The position numbers and the translations under genes are program-made. A stretch of DNA of 32,000 nt from an uncultured bacterium (GTDB taxonomy: Bacteria; Auribacterota; JACPWU01), in NCBI GenBank assembly GCA_964640155.1, contig CAZXEQ010000001.1:366403-398402 (forward strand). Direction: 5' to 3'. Positions 21,470-31,993 of this stretch are shown here, in pieces (position 1 is the first letter of the stretch; each line of letters opens with the position of its first letter). The notes under the pieces are model-generated. The model was not told where the DNA came from, did not search any database, and saw nothing but the letters and a program-made list of their open reading frames with translations.

Positions 21470-22771
21470 TTAATTCTTGATTTGAATTGCTTCTTCCAAT
21501 CTTTTCAAAACTTTTTCTTTCCCTAAAATGTTCATAACCTCAAAAATTCCAGGACTCACGGTTTTCCCTGTTAAAGCAACTCGAGCAGGATGAATAAGAT
21601 CCCCTGCCTTCACTCCTAAAGCTTGAGCTAATAAACGTATCTCAGCTTCAAGTGTCTGAATATCAAAAGAAGAAAGTTCCGTTAATTTCTCTTTTAATTT
21701 CTTAAGCAGTTCTTTTTTCTCTTCAGGAATCAAAAATTTTTCGACCGCTTGGGCATCACGTTCAAGTTTTTCAACAAAGAAATAAGAAGTTTCTTTTGGA
21801 AAATCACTTAAAGTTTTGATCCTATCTTTAAAAAGATCGATGAGCGAGCTAGGGATATCATGATTTGTATTTAAAAAACCTGCTGTCTTCAAAAAAGGTT
21901 CTACCTCTTTTTTAAAACGATTTAAATCTAAATTTTTAATATATTGCGTGTTCATCCATGTGAATTTATCCATATCAAAAATGGCGGCTTTTTTATTCAC
22001 ACGTTCAAGCGAAAAAAGATCGATTAGTTCTTGGATTCCCATCATTTCTCTATCTTCTCCAGGAGACCATCCCAAAAGAGAAAGAAAATTCACAATGGCT
22101 TCGGCAAGAAAACCTGCTTCTCGATATTGTGTGACAGCCGTTGCACCATGTCGCTTGCTTAAGCGCTTTCCATCTGATCCCAAAATCATGGGAACATGTG
22201 CAAAAATAGGGAGTTCAAATCCCAACGCCTGATACAAAGCAACTTGTTTAGGGGTATTGGAAATATGATCATCTCCACGAATAATATGGGTAATCCCCAT
22301 CAAAGCATCATCAATGACACAGGAGAAATTATACGTTGGAGTTTGATCTGATTTCAAAATAACCAGTTCACCTAACAAGCTATTATCAAATTCCAAATCT
22401 CCATAAACCACGTCATGAATACGCACCGTCTGCTCTGGAATTTTAAAAACAACAGCTCCTTCTCTCTTCTGAGCTAGACCCTGTTGAGTCAACTTTTCGG
22501 CATATTCACGATATAAATCGAAACGATGAGATTGATAAAGGGGTCCCTCATCCCAATTCAAGCCCAGCCATGTCAGGCTTTCTAAAATTTCATCACGAAA
22601 TCTATCTTCAGAACGCGCCTGATCTGTATCTTCAATTCTTAAAACAAAAATTCCACCTAAATGCCGTGCAAATAACCAGTTAAAAAGGGCTGTCCTGGCT
22701 CCTCCAATATGGAGAAAGCCTGTTGGGCTTGGGGCAAAACGAACCTTTGGTTGAACTAATTTTGATTTCAT
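21470..22771 (-). CDS. gltX: Glutamate--tRNA ligase
   Basis: RFAPSPTGFLHIGGARTALFNW (HIGH) and KRLSKRHG (KMSKS). The GluRS-type C-terminal segment HPARVALTGKTVSPGIFEVM is present. Confidence 0.9.
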   Translation of the reverse strand: MKSKLVQPKVRFAPSPTGFLHIGGARTALFNWLFARHLGGIFVLRIEDTDQARSEDRFRDEILESLTWLGLNWDEGPLYQSHRFDLYREYAEKLTQQGLAQKREGAVVFKIPEQTVRIHDVVYGDLEFDNSLLGELVILKSDQTPTYNFSCVIDDALMGITHIIRGDDHISNTPKQVALYQALGFELPIFAHVPMILGSDGKRLSKRHGATAVTQYREAGFLAEAIVNFLSLLGWSPGEDREMMGIQELIDLFSLERVNKKAAIFDMDKFTWMNTQYIKNLDLNRFKKEVEPFLKTAGFLNTNHDIPSSLIDLFKDRIKTLSDFPKETSYFFVEKLERDAQAVEKFLIPEEKKELLKKLKEKLTELSSFDIQTLEAEIRLLAQALGVKAGDLIHPARVALTGKTVSPGIFEVMNILGKEKVLKRLEEAIQIKN

Positions 22772-22843
22772 AGTTTACAGATCTTAAAATAATTAATTTC
22801 TTTTTTCTACTGAGGATTGATTCGTATTAAAAAAATCCCAAAG

Positions 22844-25800
22844 TTAAAGTTTTATTTTTGAATGCTGGGATTTTTTTGAAAGAGAAGAAGGAACTTCTTT
22901 TTCTCGGCGGGATGACCCCAAAAGCTCACTCACCTTCAAACGCGCTTCTTCCATTTTAGGATAACGTACTTTTCGATAACCTCTAACTTCTTCTGGCGTT
23001 TGAAGCGCTCTCATATAAAGAACATAAGAAGACTCATCTTGATAATCAAATCGATCTACCAATTTGCTATACCATTGTCGAAAATCTTTCTCTTTTTGAT
23101 GCCATTGAGGGAGAAGCTTTCTTAAAAACTTAAAATGTTTCATTAAATTGAGCTGCCAGTCTTTTGTCACCATATCAAATTCAATATCCTTCCCTAATAT
23201 TGTAAATTGGGGACGATTCAAATGGCGATAACTGACACGATCCCCTGCCTTTTCATCCACATGATAACGAATACGATCACGCTCTCTTTTTTCAGGACTG
23301 GTCAAAAGATGAGCTACATAGACTTCATCTTTAATGAGCATGACTTTAGCCAAATTAAAAATAACAGCTTTCGTGGCATCATATTTAAATTCAAAGCGAT
23401 CCTTGTGATAGATAGAAATCACTCGATCGATATAAGTTTTTGCGTAATGTTTTCCTTCAAACTGAATAAGATCATAAACCCGAAGGGCAAAATGCCTTAA
23501 AATCTCATCATCCAAATCTAATTGTGTTAAAGCCCCTTGAACCAATTCTCGATAGACAAGAGAAAGCTTACGACCCTTCCATCTCAAAGATAAAAATTTT
23601 TGTTTCTCTTCAAACAAACTTTGAAAACTGGCCGTGCTTTCCTTATCTCTAAAAAGTTCTGGGGAAAGAACCAGACGACGTCCTAAACTAAACGCCGTTA
23701 TATTTTTCTTCAAATCACCCCGAATCGTATCCTGAATGGCTCCCAAAATATTTTCTAAACTGAGCGGCAAGGTTCCTCGTTGAAACGCAGCACCGAGCAT
23801 AACCAAATTAGCATAGAGCTTGGATCCCAAAAATTTTTCAGAGATTTCTGAAAAATCAAAACCATAATATTGATCTTTTCTTGTGTACTGCTTCACCATG
23901 GATTCTAAATTTTGAATTGAAAAATGATCAAGGCCCATCAAAGTTCTTATCGTTGGAGTCTTATGTGTATTTAAAAAGGCTTCTGTTCTGTCAGGACTTC
24001 CAATACGCAAACGCATGTTAGGATCTAAAGCACGTACCGCTTCAAGAGCATCGAGGCCCCAAAGTAAATCTGCTTTTCCATTTGGGATAAGAGGAGAAAG
24101 TCGCATGGGACCTTTTAAAAAAGTTATTTCAGAATAAACACCCCCATTACGAATAGCTAAACCTTTCTTATCACAAAATAAAACATGATACCCTGCTTTC
24201 ATACCTGCATGAACAAGAATAGAAGTCAAAACGCCTATTCCCATACCCCCTACTCCAGAAATGTAAGTCCGCCACTGCGAATCTACAAACCAACGGCGAG
24301 GCTCCGGAAATCGATCGAGATTAATGCCCGAGAGAGGATCTTTCATTTTTGCTGATCGTTTGATAATGATATTTTCAAAAGAGGGACAAGCCTTGATCTT
24401 GGTACAAGCCATGTCTGAAACGCATGTTGAAAGATCCGTCACAACTTTAGGTCCATAATCTGTTTCTTCAAAAGTAAGTCCAGGGCACCCTGTAGACTTG
24501 GTACATTCCAGACAATACTCACAAACTTCAGGTGTAATATTTACAAATTCTTCACGGGGCAAATACCCTTTTTGACGAAGGATTTTTCCTTTTTCACGAC
24601 GAATTTTTCGATGATAGGTAATACCGCATTCTTTATCTGCAATAATCACTTTCACGCCATCTTTCAAAATGGTCTCTTCTAAAACATCACGATAATCTTG
24701 GCGATAAGCTGGATTCACACGCATGACCGGGATTGTCCCTTCACGCGTCATTCCCTTGAGAACAGCTTCAATGTCTTGAGCAAAAGTAGGACGACCTAAA
24801 ATATCCACTTCAGATTCGGGGGTAGGTTGATGGCCTGTCATGGCTGTCGTTTTATTGTCTAAAATAACATAGGTAATATCTTGATGATTTTTGATGGAAT
24901 CTGAAATGGCTGCGATGCCACTGTGAAAAAAGGTTGAATCCCCCATGAAAACAACTTGCTTATTTACAATAAAAGGATCAATGCCTGCGCCTGTTCCTCC
25001 GCCCAAACCCATTCCAGAATAGTTATGCATCAATTCTTGATTGGGTTCAAACATTAACATGGTATAGCAACCCGTGTCCCCGTGAAAAAGAAGGTCCACT
25101 GGATTTTGATTAAAATGTTTTTTCATGTACTGAGGATTACGAAAATCTTTTTTAACATCTAAAAGAACACTTGAAGAATCTCGATGCGGACATCCCGGAC
25201 AAAAAGTGGGAGTACGAGAAGGAATTTGAATATTAAAAGTGGCAACTTCACGAATCAAATTTATTTCAGACTCAATTCTTTTTTGATCCATTCCTTCCAC
25301 TGGAAATTTAAGAAAAAGTACTCCTAATCGATCAATCAAAATCGATGGATTCAAACCTCGCGTTGCAGGGATAGCTGGTAAAGCAGCAGGAAAGGTCTTT
25401 CCCCATATTTGAGGAGGCTCGGAAAATTGAGAAGATTGCACTGCTTCCTTAAGAATGGAAGTAACCTGCTCTTCAATAAAACCTCTTTTTTCTTCAATCA
25501 CCACAATATTTCGAACCTGGCTTGCAAAATCTAAAACAATATTGGGATCCAATGGGAAAGTAATTCCCATTTTGAGAATAGGGAAACGTCCCTGTAATCC
25601 CAATTCCCAAAGCGCATGTTCTAAATAAGAATAAGCAAGCCCCGAAGTGATAAATCCAAATTCTTGAATGGATTGCGTGGGATATAAAATCGTATTGATC
25701 TGCTTTTCTCTGGCAGCTTGATGCAATTTTTGAAAACGCTCTTCCACATCCATTTCACGCCGCCCTGTTCTGGGAGGTAAAAGTACCGTTTCAGAAACAG

Positions 25801-26443
25801 GAATCTTTTTTGTGTCTAATTCAACGCGCTGATGCATATTGATTTTAGGATATTGATTTTTGAAAACTTCTACAATCCCACCGCCATCAGCTTGATTGGT
25901 GGTTACCAAATACACAAGATAAAGATTGGTATCTCGAGAGAGTTCAAAACCTAATCTTACCCAATCTTTCAATTCTTGAAAGGTGCTGGGTTCCATGACA
26001 GGGACTTGAAGATGTTTGGCAAGATATCGAGAATCAGCAGGAACTTGAGTACTGTCCGTCCAAGGGTCATCTCCTACAACAACAAGCGCTCCACCCTTAT
26101 GCCCATATTTTGAAAGATTGCCTAGAGCTAACCCATCGGCAGCGACATGAAGCCCTACACTTTTCATCACAGCCATAGCGCGAATATCTTCCATTTGAGA
26201 ACCATTTAAGCGGGCTAAACTCAAAGCTTCATTATTAGCCAATTGAGCTAGAATGCCTCGCTCCAGAAGAAGATCTTTAATGGATTGAGCTACATCAAAA
26301 ACATCTGCCAGTGGAGATCCAGGATAACCTGTAATCAGGCTCACGCCCGCCTCTAAAGCCCCTTTGATCAGGAGCTCGTTTCCGTTAAAAACTTCGAAAT
26401 CCCGCTCTTTGATGAATCGTTTGTCCATAAAGTTTACTCTCAT
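22844..26443 (-). CDS. Indolepyruvate:ferredoxin oxidoreductase family protein (fused alpha/beta, ~1200 aa)
   Basis: N-terminal 2-oxoacid:ferredoxin oxidoreductase region (GYPGSPLADV), TPP-binding region (GDTGCY...GDSTFFHSG) and a Cys cluster (CEYCLECTKSTGCPG). The C-terminal IorB-like half includes GVGGMGIG. An alternative ATG at 26428 is possible. Confidence 0.75.
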   Translation of the reverse strand: MRVNFMDKRFIKERDFEVFNGNELLIKGALEAGVSLITGYPGSPLADVFDVAQSIKDLLLERGILAQLANNEALSLARLNGSQMEDIRAMAVMKSVGLHVAADGLALGNLSKYGHKGGALVVVGDDPWTDSTQVPADSRYLAKHLQVPVMEPSTFQELKDWVRLGFELSRDTNLYLVYLVTTNQADGGGIVEVFKNQYPKINMHQRVELDTKKIPVSETVLLPPRTGRREMDVEERFQKLHQAAREKQINTILYPTQSIQEFGFITSGLAYSYLEHALWELGLQGRFPILKMGITFPLDPNIVLDFASQVRNIVVIEEKRGFIEEQVTSILKEAVQSSQFSEPPQIWGKTFPAALPAIPATRGLNPSILIDRLGVLFLKFPVEGMDQKRIESEINLIREVATFNIQIPSRTPTFCPGCPHRDSSSVLLDVKKDFRNPQYMKKHFNQNPVDLLFHGDTGCYTMLMFEPNQELMHNYSGMGLGGGTGAGIDPFIVNKQVVFMGDSTFFHSGIAAISDSIKNHQDITYVILDNKTTAMTGHQPTPESEVDILGRPTFAQDIEAVLKGMTREGTIPVMRVNPAYRQDYRDVLEETILKDGVKVIIADKECGITYHRKIRREKGKILRQKGYLPREEFVNITPEVCEYCLECTKSTGCPGLTFEETDYGPKVVTDLSTCVSDMACTKIKACPSFENIIIKRSAKMKDPLSGINLDRFPEPRRWFVDSQWRTYISGVGGMGIGVLTSILVHAGMKAGYHVLFCDKKGLAIRNGGVYSEITFLKGPMRLSPLIPNGKADLLWGLDALEAVRALDPNMRLRIGSPDRTEAFLNTHKTPTIRTLMGLDHFSIQNLESMVKQYTRKDQYYGFDFSEISEKFLGSKLYANLVMLGAAFQRGTLPLSLENILGAIQDTIRGDLKKNITAFSLGRRLVLSPELFRDKESTASFQSLFEEKQKFLSLRWKGRKLSLVYRELVQGALTQLDLDDEILRHFALRVYDLIQFEGKHYAKTYIDRVISIYHKDRFEFKYDATKAVIFNLAKVMLIKDEVYVAHLLTSPEKRERDRIRYHVDEKAGDRVSYRHLNRPQFTILGKDIEFDMVTKDWQLNLMKHFKFLRKLLPQWHQKEKDFRQWYSKLVDRFDYQDESSYVLYMRALQTPEEVRGYRKVRYPKMEEARLKVSELLGSSRREKEVPSSLSKKSQHSKIKL

Positions 26444-26525
26444 CCCAAAAACAACTCTTTATTCAATTATAACTCAAGCTTACCAGAAATAACTACTTTT
26501 ATTGAAAAGAGAAACCAGCACTCCT

Positions 26526-28997
26526 TTATTCTTCTTTTGATCCTGCCTTCTGAAGCAGGGCTTCAATCTCTGGCCGATGATATTGACGCGCCACTTTTAA
26601 AGAAGATTCTCCCGAATTATCTTTCAAATTTACATCGGCACCACGATTTATCAATAGTTGAACAAGTTCAACCGAGGCATTTGGAACAACCTGCATGAGT
26701 GTTGTCCGCCCCCAAGAATCTTTTGCATTTACGTCTGCTCCCTTATCCAATAAAAACTGAACTGTTTGAATGTCTCCTTCATTCACGGCTATAAAAAGAG
26801 GCGTCATGTCTTTTTGATATGGATCATACCCTGCACTTCTCATATTAACGTCTGCTCCTGCAGCTACTAAGGCTTTCACAATTTCAAATTTTCTATGACG
26901 CACGGCTAATACCAGCCAACTTTGCCCCGTATTTACTTTTATATTTACATCCGCCCCTGCCTTAATCAGGGCTTGAACCATTTCTAAATCCCCTGCTTCT
27001 GTCACCCATTGAGGGACTGAAACCTGAGGTTGTCCCAAAGTAACAGATGCATTTAAATCAGCTCCTAACTTTAACAAACTCCTGAAACGTAATATTTCAC
27101 GATCTGCGACAGCTTCTCGAAACATTTTATTCAAAACCTCTTTAAAATCTTTGTCTTCAGAAAATTTTTCTAATTTTTCTTGTAAAAAGGATGGGAGTGC
27201 TTGCATCATCGTTAACTGTTCAGCAATGAGAACACGAAGGGGTACACCACTTTTCTCCATCATTTTAAAAAGAGATTCTATAGCCTCCGCCCCCATTTTT
27301 TGTAATGTAAGAATGATTTCTTTTTTCACCTCCGGACTTGCAACTTCAAACATTTCAGTCAAAATAGGAATGGCTTCTGAAACGGGAATGCCGACCTTCC
27401 CCAATCCCATCACACCTGCTTTATTCAAATACTCTTCAGGTTTTTTCAGTAATTCCATCAAAGTTGGAATGGCATCTTTGGCTTCTGCCCTTAAATATTC
27501 TAATGCTCCTAGAAAAACCGCTATTTTAGTTCCATTCCAAGTCCCTTTCATTTCATCAATCATCACAGGAATTGCCTCTTTTCCTATGCGTCCAATCGCC
27601 TCTGATAAAACAAACTCTAAGTCATAATCCCAAGGACCCAAAGCACGAACCATCGTTGAGACTACTTTTAAAGCTGAAGGACCTATTAATCCCAAAGTAC
27701 GAATAACCCTTGCCGTCTCTTGCTTCTTTTTCAAAAGCTCTTCTAAAATAGGAATAGCCGAAACAGCATCCGCCCCCAAACTCCCCAACGCTTCAATTGA
27801 AGCCGCCTGAACATCCGGATCAGAGCCAGCTGCCAACTCTATTAATGAAGAAAGTGCTTCAGGCATGATGGGTTTCATTCTTGCCAAAGCAGAGATGCAG
27901 TAAAATTTCATTTTTTTATCAGAACTATTCTTTAACAAATCAACAACAGCATTTACAGTTTCTTTTGTAGAAATTCCAATAAACCCTAAAGCTCCTACAA
28001 CAAAAAGTTTTATTTCTTCATTCCCAGTTTTTAATAGATGAAGCAATTCTGGGATAGCATTTTTAGAATTTGCTTCCCTCCTGGCTAAAAGAGCAATTGT
28101 AATTTTTTGAATATCCATCTCATTACTTTTTAAAAGAGGGATGAGATTAGAAATAATTTGTGTCTCTTTCAATTTTGAAAGTTCTATAGCTGCGATCCAA
28201 CGCCTTGCAGGTTCCTTGCTTTGAAGCTCTTTTAAAAGAAATTCACTATTCAAATTCTGAAATTCTGCATGCTGTTGCCATTTTTCTGTTAAATGCTGCA
28301 GCTGATCTTCCAAACTTTTTCTAAAACTTCCTAAAGTTTCACAAATGTTCGTCTCATGATTTTTGAGAGCTTGCTCAGGCCTAGATAAATCTTTCCAAGG
28401 ATAAGATTCAAATATCCCTGGATCCATCAAACGTTCAGCTGTAAAAACAATCATATCTGAAATGACTTCTTGGTTCTTTTTCTCAAAAGCAGCAGGCACT
28501 TGAAAATCCATCAAGAGTAAAGAATCTGCATCACAGGGAGAAAATACTTTAGCTGCAAGTTGATCGTGAACATACGCATTCAGAGAGTCTTCATCCCACA
28601 AACTTTTTTCCCCCTTTTTAGCTGTACTGAAAGTGAAAGGCTTAATCCCAGGTCCATACACAAAAGCAACCGCATAGAAATAGCGCATAACACCCAACGA
28701 CAAAAAGGCATAGCGACAAGGTAAATGAACAATCCCCTGTGCATCAGGTTTGAGAAAATCAAAATCAACAAGTGTTGTTCTAGCGGTACTTGCACGGGGA
28801 CAATCAAAAGATCCAAAGTCCACAACCTGATATTCCATCCAGACTACGCGTGCTTGAGAAGGAAGACGAATTGAATGAACACGATTCACTTTTTGAATGA
28901 GAGAAATATTTTCAGAATCTGAAAATATATTTTTTGAGAAAAGAAAAAAAAGAGAGAAATTTAAAATATAGAAAACTTGTTTTAAAAGTTTTCGCAT
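26526..28997 (-). CDS. Exported HEAT-repeat plus ankyrin-repeat protein
   Basis: The N-terminal hydrophobic leader MRKLLKQVFYILNFSLFFLFSKNIFS precedes a ~250-aa domain I cannot assign. The central part is a run of PBS-lyase-type HEAT repeats (AIPELLHLLK..., AIPILEELLKK, AIPTLMELLKK, AIPILTEMF). The C-terminal part carries about 4 ankyrin repeats (ALIKAGADVN, ALVAAGADVN, FLLDKGADVNAKD, LLINRGADVNLKD). Confidence 0.7.
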   Translation of the reverse strand: MRKLLKQVFYILNFSLFFLFSKNIFSDSENISLIQKVNRVHSIRLPSQARVVWMEYQVVDFGSFDCPRASTARTTLVDFDFLKPDAQGIVHLPCRYAFLSLGVMRYFYAVAFVYGPGIKPFTFSTAKKGEKSLWDEDSLNAYVHDQLAAKVFSPCDADSLLLMDFQVPAAFEKKNQEVISDMIVFTAERLMDPGIFESYPWKDLSRPEQALKNHETNICETLGSFRKSLEDQLQHLTEKWQQHAEFQNLNSEFLLKELQSKEPARRWIAAIELSKLKETQIISNLIPLLKSNEMDIQKITIALLARREANSKNAIPELLHLLKTGNEEIKLFVVGALGFIGISTKETVNAVVDLLKNSSDKKMKFYCISALARMKPIMPEALSSLIELAAGSDPDVQAASIEALGSLGADAVSAIPILEELLKKKQETARVIRTLGLIGPSALKVVSTMVRALGPWDYDLEFVLSEAIGRIGKEAIPVMIDEMKGTWNGTKIAVFLGALEYLRAEAKDAIPTLMELLKKPEEYLNKAGVMGLGKVGIPVSEAIPILTEMFEVASPEVKKEIILTLQKMGAEAIESLFKMMEKSGVPLRVLIAEQLTMMQALPSFLQEKLEKFSEDKDFKEVLNKMFREAVADREILRFRSLLKLGADLNASVTLGQPQVSVPQWVTEAGDLEMVQALIKAGADVNIKVNTGQSWLVLAVRHRKFEIVKALVAAGADVNMRSAGYDPYQKDMTPLFIAVNEGDIQTVQFLLDKGADVNAKDSWGRTTLMQVVPNASVELVQLLINRGADVNLKDNSGESSLKVARQYHRPEIEALLQKAGSKEE

Positions 28998-29010
28998 AAT
29001 GACCTATCGT

Positions 29011-29871
29011 TCAGACACTCGATCCACGCCAGCCAAGTTTTTCGCGAAGGACTTGATAATAATCATAATCAAAACGAATGAGAGGAATGGTTCTTTTGGC
29101 TTTGCGAATCACAACCCCATCTCCTTGACGAAGTTCAAAACCCACTTGACCATCCAAAGTCAATCCTACTTTTTCGGAGAAAGAGGTTAATTGAATCCTG
29201 ATTTCACTTTTATCAGAAATGACAAGAGGACGATTTGAAAGAGTGTGAGGGCAAATGGGTGTTATCAAAATCGCTCCTACATGGGATTCTACAATAGGTC
29301 CTCCACTGGAGAGAGAATGCGCCGTCGATCCTGTCGGAGTTGCAACAATCAAACCATCCGATCGATACGTGGTCAAAGATTTATCATCAACACTTACATC
29401 CAAACTCAACATACGAGACAAAGAACCTTTGGTGATCACAGCATCATTCAACGACTCATACCACGGGCCTTGTCGACCTTTCGTCACAAGACTCACTTCA
29501 AGTAGAGTGCGAAAGTCCAAATAATATTTTTTCTTGAGCAAATTTGGAAATTGATTTAGAAAACCAAGAGGTGAAAATTCAGTAAGAAATCCCATCCCTC
29601 CTAAATTGACACCTAATACAGGAAGGCCAGATTTAGCAACGCGCTTCACCGCATGAAGGAGTGTCCCATCCCCTCCCAGTACAATTAAAACATCCGCTGT
29701 CTTTGCCATTTTTTCATCGCTGGCGTAAAAGCGATTTTGCTTAAGCAAGCTCGCAAGTCTTTTATCTAATAAAAAAGAAAACGAACGCGATGGAGGAAAT
29801 GAATCCCACAAATCTTTGATCACTTGTGGGGCTTCTTTCTTTTCAGGATTGGCAATAATTGCAATTTTCAT
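29011..29871 (-). CDS. nadK: NAD(+) kinase
   Basis: VLGGDGTLLH and NLGGMGFLT motifs, plus the DGLIVATPTGSTAHSLSSGGP block. Confidence 0.9.
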   Translation of the reverse strand: MKIAIIANPEKKEAPQVIKDLWDSFPPSRSFSFLLDKRLASLLKQNRFYASDEKMAKTADVLIVLGGDGTLLHAVKRVAKSGLPVLGVNLGGMGFLTEFSPLGFLNQFPNLLKKKYYLDFRTLLEVSLVTKGRQGPWYESLNDAVITKGSLSRMLSLDVSVDDKSLTTYRSDGLIVATPTGSTAHSLSSGGPIVESHVGAILITPICPHTLSNRPLVISDKSEIRIQLTSFSEKVGLTLDGQVGFELRQGDGVVIRKAKRTIPLIRFDYDYYQVLREKLGWRGSSV

Positions 29872-29965
29872 GATTGTCCTTTTGCAGATTTTATTATAGT
29901 CATTTTACTCTCCAAAACAGAAGCAAACATTGAAAATCATCTTAACCAATCATCAAATTCCAATG

Positions 29966-31993
29966 CTATGCTGCCACATCAAACCGACGCAAAGATAATC
30001 GCGCAGGTTCCCTTCGTATGCGATCAAAAAGAACGGATTCATCTGATAATCCAAGAGACAGAGAAGAACCTATCTGCATTATTTTATAAGCTTTGTTCTG
30101 GAGAGGTTCTTTTAGAAGAACATGATCCCATGAGCCTGGCAATAGAGGATCTGTAACTCCAAGCAAACTTTCCCAACTATTGATCATTCTTTCAATTCCC
30201 AAGTTAGAATTCCAAAAAATATTATGAATATGATAAGAAGTCCATCTTGTCTTCAAAATTTCATAATTACTTGAATTTTTGAAAAATGCTTTAGCGTCAT
30301 AAGTAGCGATCTCTTTTGATCCTTGTATCACTCTAATTGTATCTTTTCGGATATCCCAATGAAGAGAAATCGAAGCAGACCATGATGTCTTCTTAAGAGT
30401 GTCTCTTAATAAGTTATGATCGAGAACTTGATCTCTTCTTGAGAATACAAGACCTCTCATATGATCAGCTCTTGCATCAAATCCTGAAACTCCATAAATC
30501 CCTTGAAGAAGCGTTGTAAAAGCAGCGCGATAATAATGCTCTCTTACATCATCACTTTTAGCTAAAGCCGCACGTGTTAGAAAAACATCTACCTTGTCAT
30601 AAGCAAACAGCACATATCCCTTCTCAAGGGTAATAGAATCTCCAACGTTGATACGCGTTTGAACAACATAATACGATCTTGATCCTAAAAGTTCCGCGTT
30701 AAGCATAAAATGAAGCTTTCCAGAGTTTAATTTCTCTTTCAAATCAGCCCAAGAATCTAATCCTAAACTTTCAAACCACGGACGAAGACGCGCTTCACCT
30801 CCCAAAACATCCAAAACAGAACCATTCACTTCAAACAGATCTTTTCCTCGGCCTTGTAATTCTTTAAGTCTAGTTTCTAAAACTTGATCTTGATCATGAA
30901 CTGTTATATTTGCTTTTTCACTCCTTAAAATAACTTCTCTAAAAGCATTTTTCAATTCCAGAAAAAGCTGCTCTCGAGAATAAGTTAAAGCCATTTTCCC
31001 AACATAAATCTTCCCTTCTTTAACAATAATTCCTGGATCAGATTCCGAATCAATTACTACTTCAAAAGAAGATGGGTTTTTTCCCGTAAGAAATGCAAAG
31101 GCCTTAATAGCCCAATCGTGTAAAACTTCTGTGGAACCCTGTGGATGAACTCTTGCCATTCTCAATGAATCAAAGCTTAAGGAAAAATGCTCAAGAAGAA
31201 ACAAAAAATGAGAATAATCTTTTTCTAGATAATCCGAAGGAAGATGCACTTTAATTCCTATAGAATTAAGAGAAATCACAATTTTCCCTTGAAAATCTTT
31301 CAAGATACTGACATAGAATTTTTTCAAAGTTTGAATATATGGATCTTGTCCCAATGATGCAATCAATTTAGTAATCCATTTGGGCTGAAAATATGGATTT
31401 TGTCTCAGAGCATCTAACCATTTTTGCTTATCTACATCCTTCGTTTGTTTTAAAAGCTTTTCATAAAATTTTAAAACTTTTTCTTCTTCCTTTTCATTTT
31501 TCAGAATGGATTCGATTAAATTTGGATGACTCAACAAAAGTTCCCAGACTTTTTTCTTCACTTTATCCGCAATTTGTCCGGCCCTATCCTCTATTTCATC
31601 ATCCAATTGCAGAAGAGGATCCTTTTTCCAAGATTCCGTCATTCTCCTTAAATAATTCCAATCTTCCTCAAGAGCTGCTTGCTCCAAAATCCAAACCATT
31701 AAATCACTCAATTCGCCACATCCATCCTTTGCGTTTTCTCGACTTTGAGCATCTCGATTGTAAAAAGGTTCGTGCTGAACAGCATCTGTATGAGGGAGAT
31801 ACCCTATCCGCTCTATTAAAGGATGAACCAACGTCTGAGCTAAAATGGAAGCAGATACAGATTGCACAAAAGCTTCCGTCACATACACCCTAATAACCGC
31901 TTCTGCTTTTTCTTCAATTATATCTGTCCATTCATAAATAGGTCGGGTGCGCCCTTTTAATCGGAAACCCTTATCATCACCCATATTTATCAC
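29966..31993 (-). CDS. Hypothetical protein (675 aa or longer), no recognisable domain
   Basis: Long open frame with no signal peptide. The track start at 31993 is a GTG and the frame stays open to the window edge. The true start may therefore be the ATG at 31984 or may lie outside the window. Confidence 0.5.
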   Translation of the reverse strand: MINMGDDKGFRLKGRTRPIYEWTDIIEEKAEAVIRVYVTEAFVQSVSASILAQTLVHPLIERIGYLPHTDAVQHEPFYNRDAQSRENAKDGCGELSDLMVWILEQAALEEDWNYLRRMTESWKKDPLLQLDDEIEDRAGQIADKVKKKVWELLLSHPNLIESILKNEKEEEKVLKFYEKLLKQTKDVDKQKWLDALRQNPYFQPKWITKLIASLGQDPYIQTLKKFYVSILKDFQGKIVISLNSIGIKVHLPSDYLEKDYSHFLFLLEHFSLSFDSLRMARVHPQGSTEVLHDWAIKAFAFLTGKNPSSFEVVIDSESDPGIIVKEGKIYVGKMALTYSREQLFLELKNAFREVILRSEKANITVHDQDQVLETRLKELQGRGKDLFEVNGSVLDVLGGEARLRPWFESLGLDSWADLKEKLNSGKLHFMLNAELLGSRSYYVVQTRINVGDSITLEKGYVLFAYDKVDVFLTRAALAKSDDVREHYYRAAFTTLLQGIYGVSGFDARADHMRGLVFSRRDQVLDHNLLRDTLKKTSWSASISLHWDIRKDTIRVIQGSKEIATYDAKAFFKNSSNYEILKTRWTSYHIHNIFWNSNLGIERMINSWESLLGVTDPLLPGSWDHVLLKEPLQNKAYKIMQIGSSLSLGLSDESVLFDRIRREPARLSLRRFDVAA

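Noticed and set aside
21470-22771. gltX as a truncated gene or pseudogene, since it is only 433 aa
   Set aside because: The HIGH and KMSKS motifs and the typical GluRS C-terminal segment are all present in one uninterrupted frame. The protein is short but looks intact.
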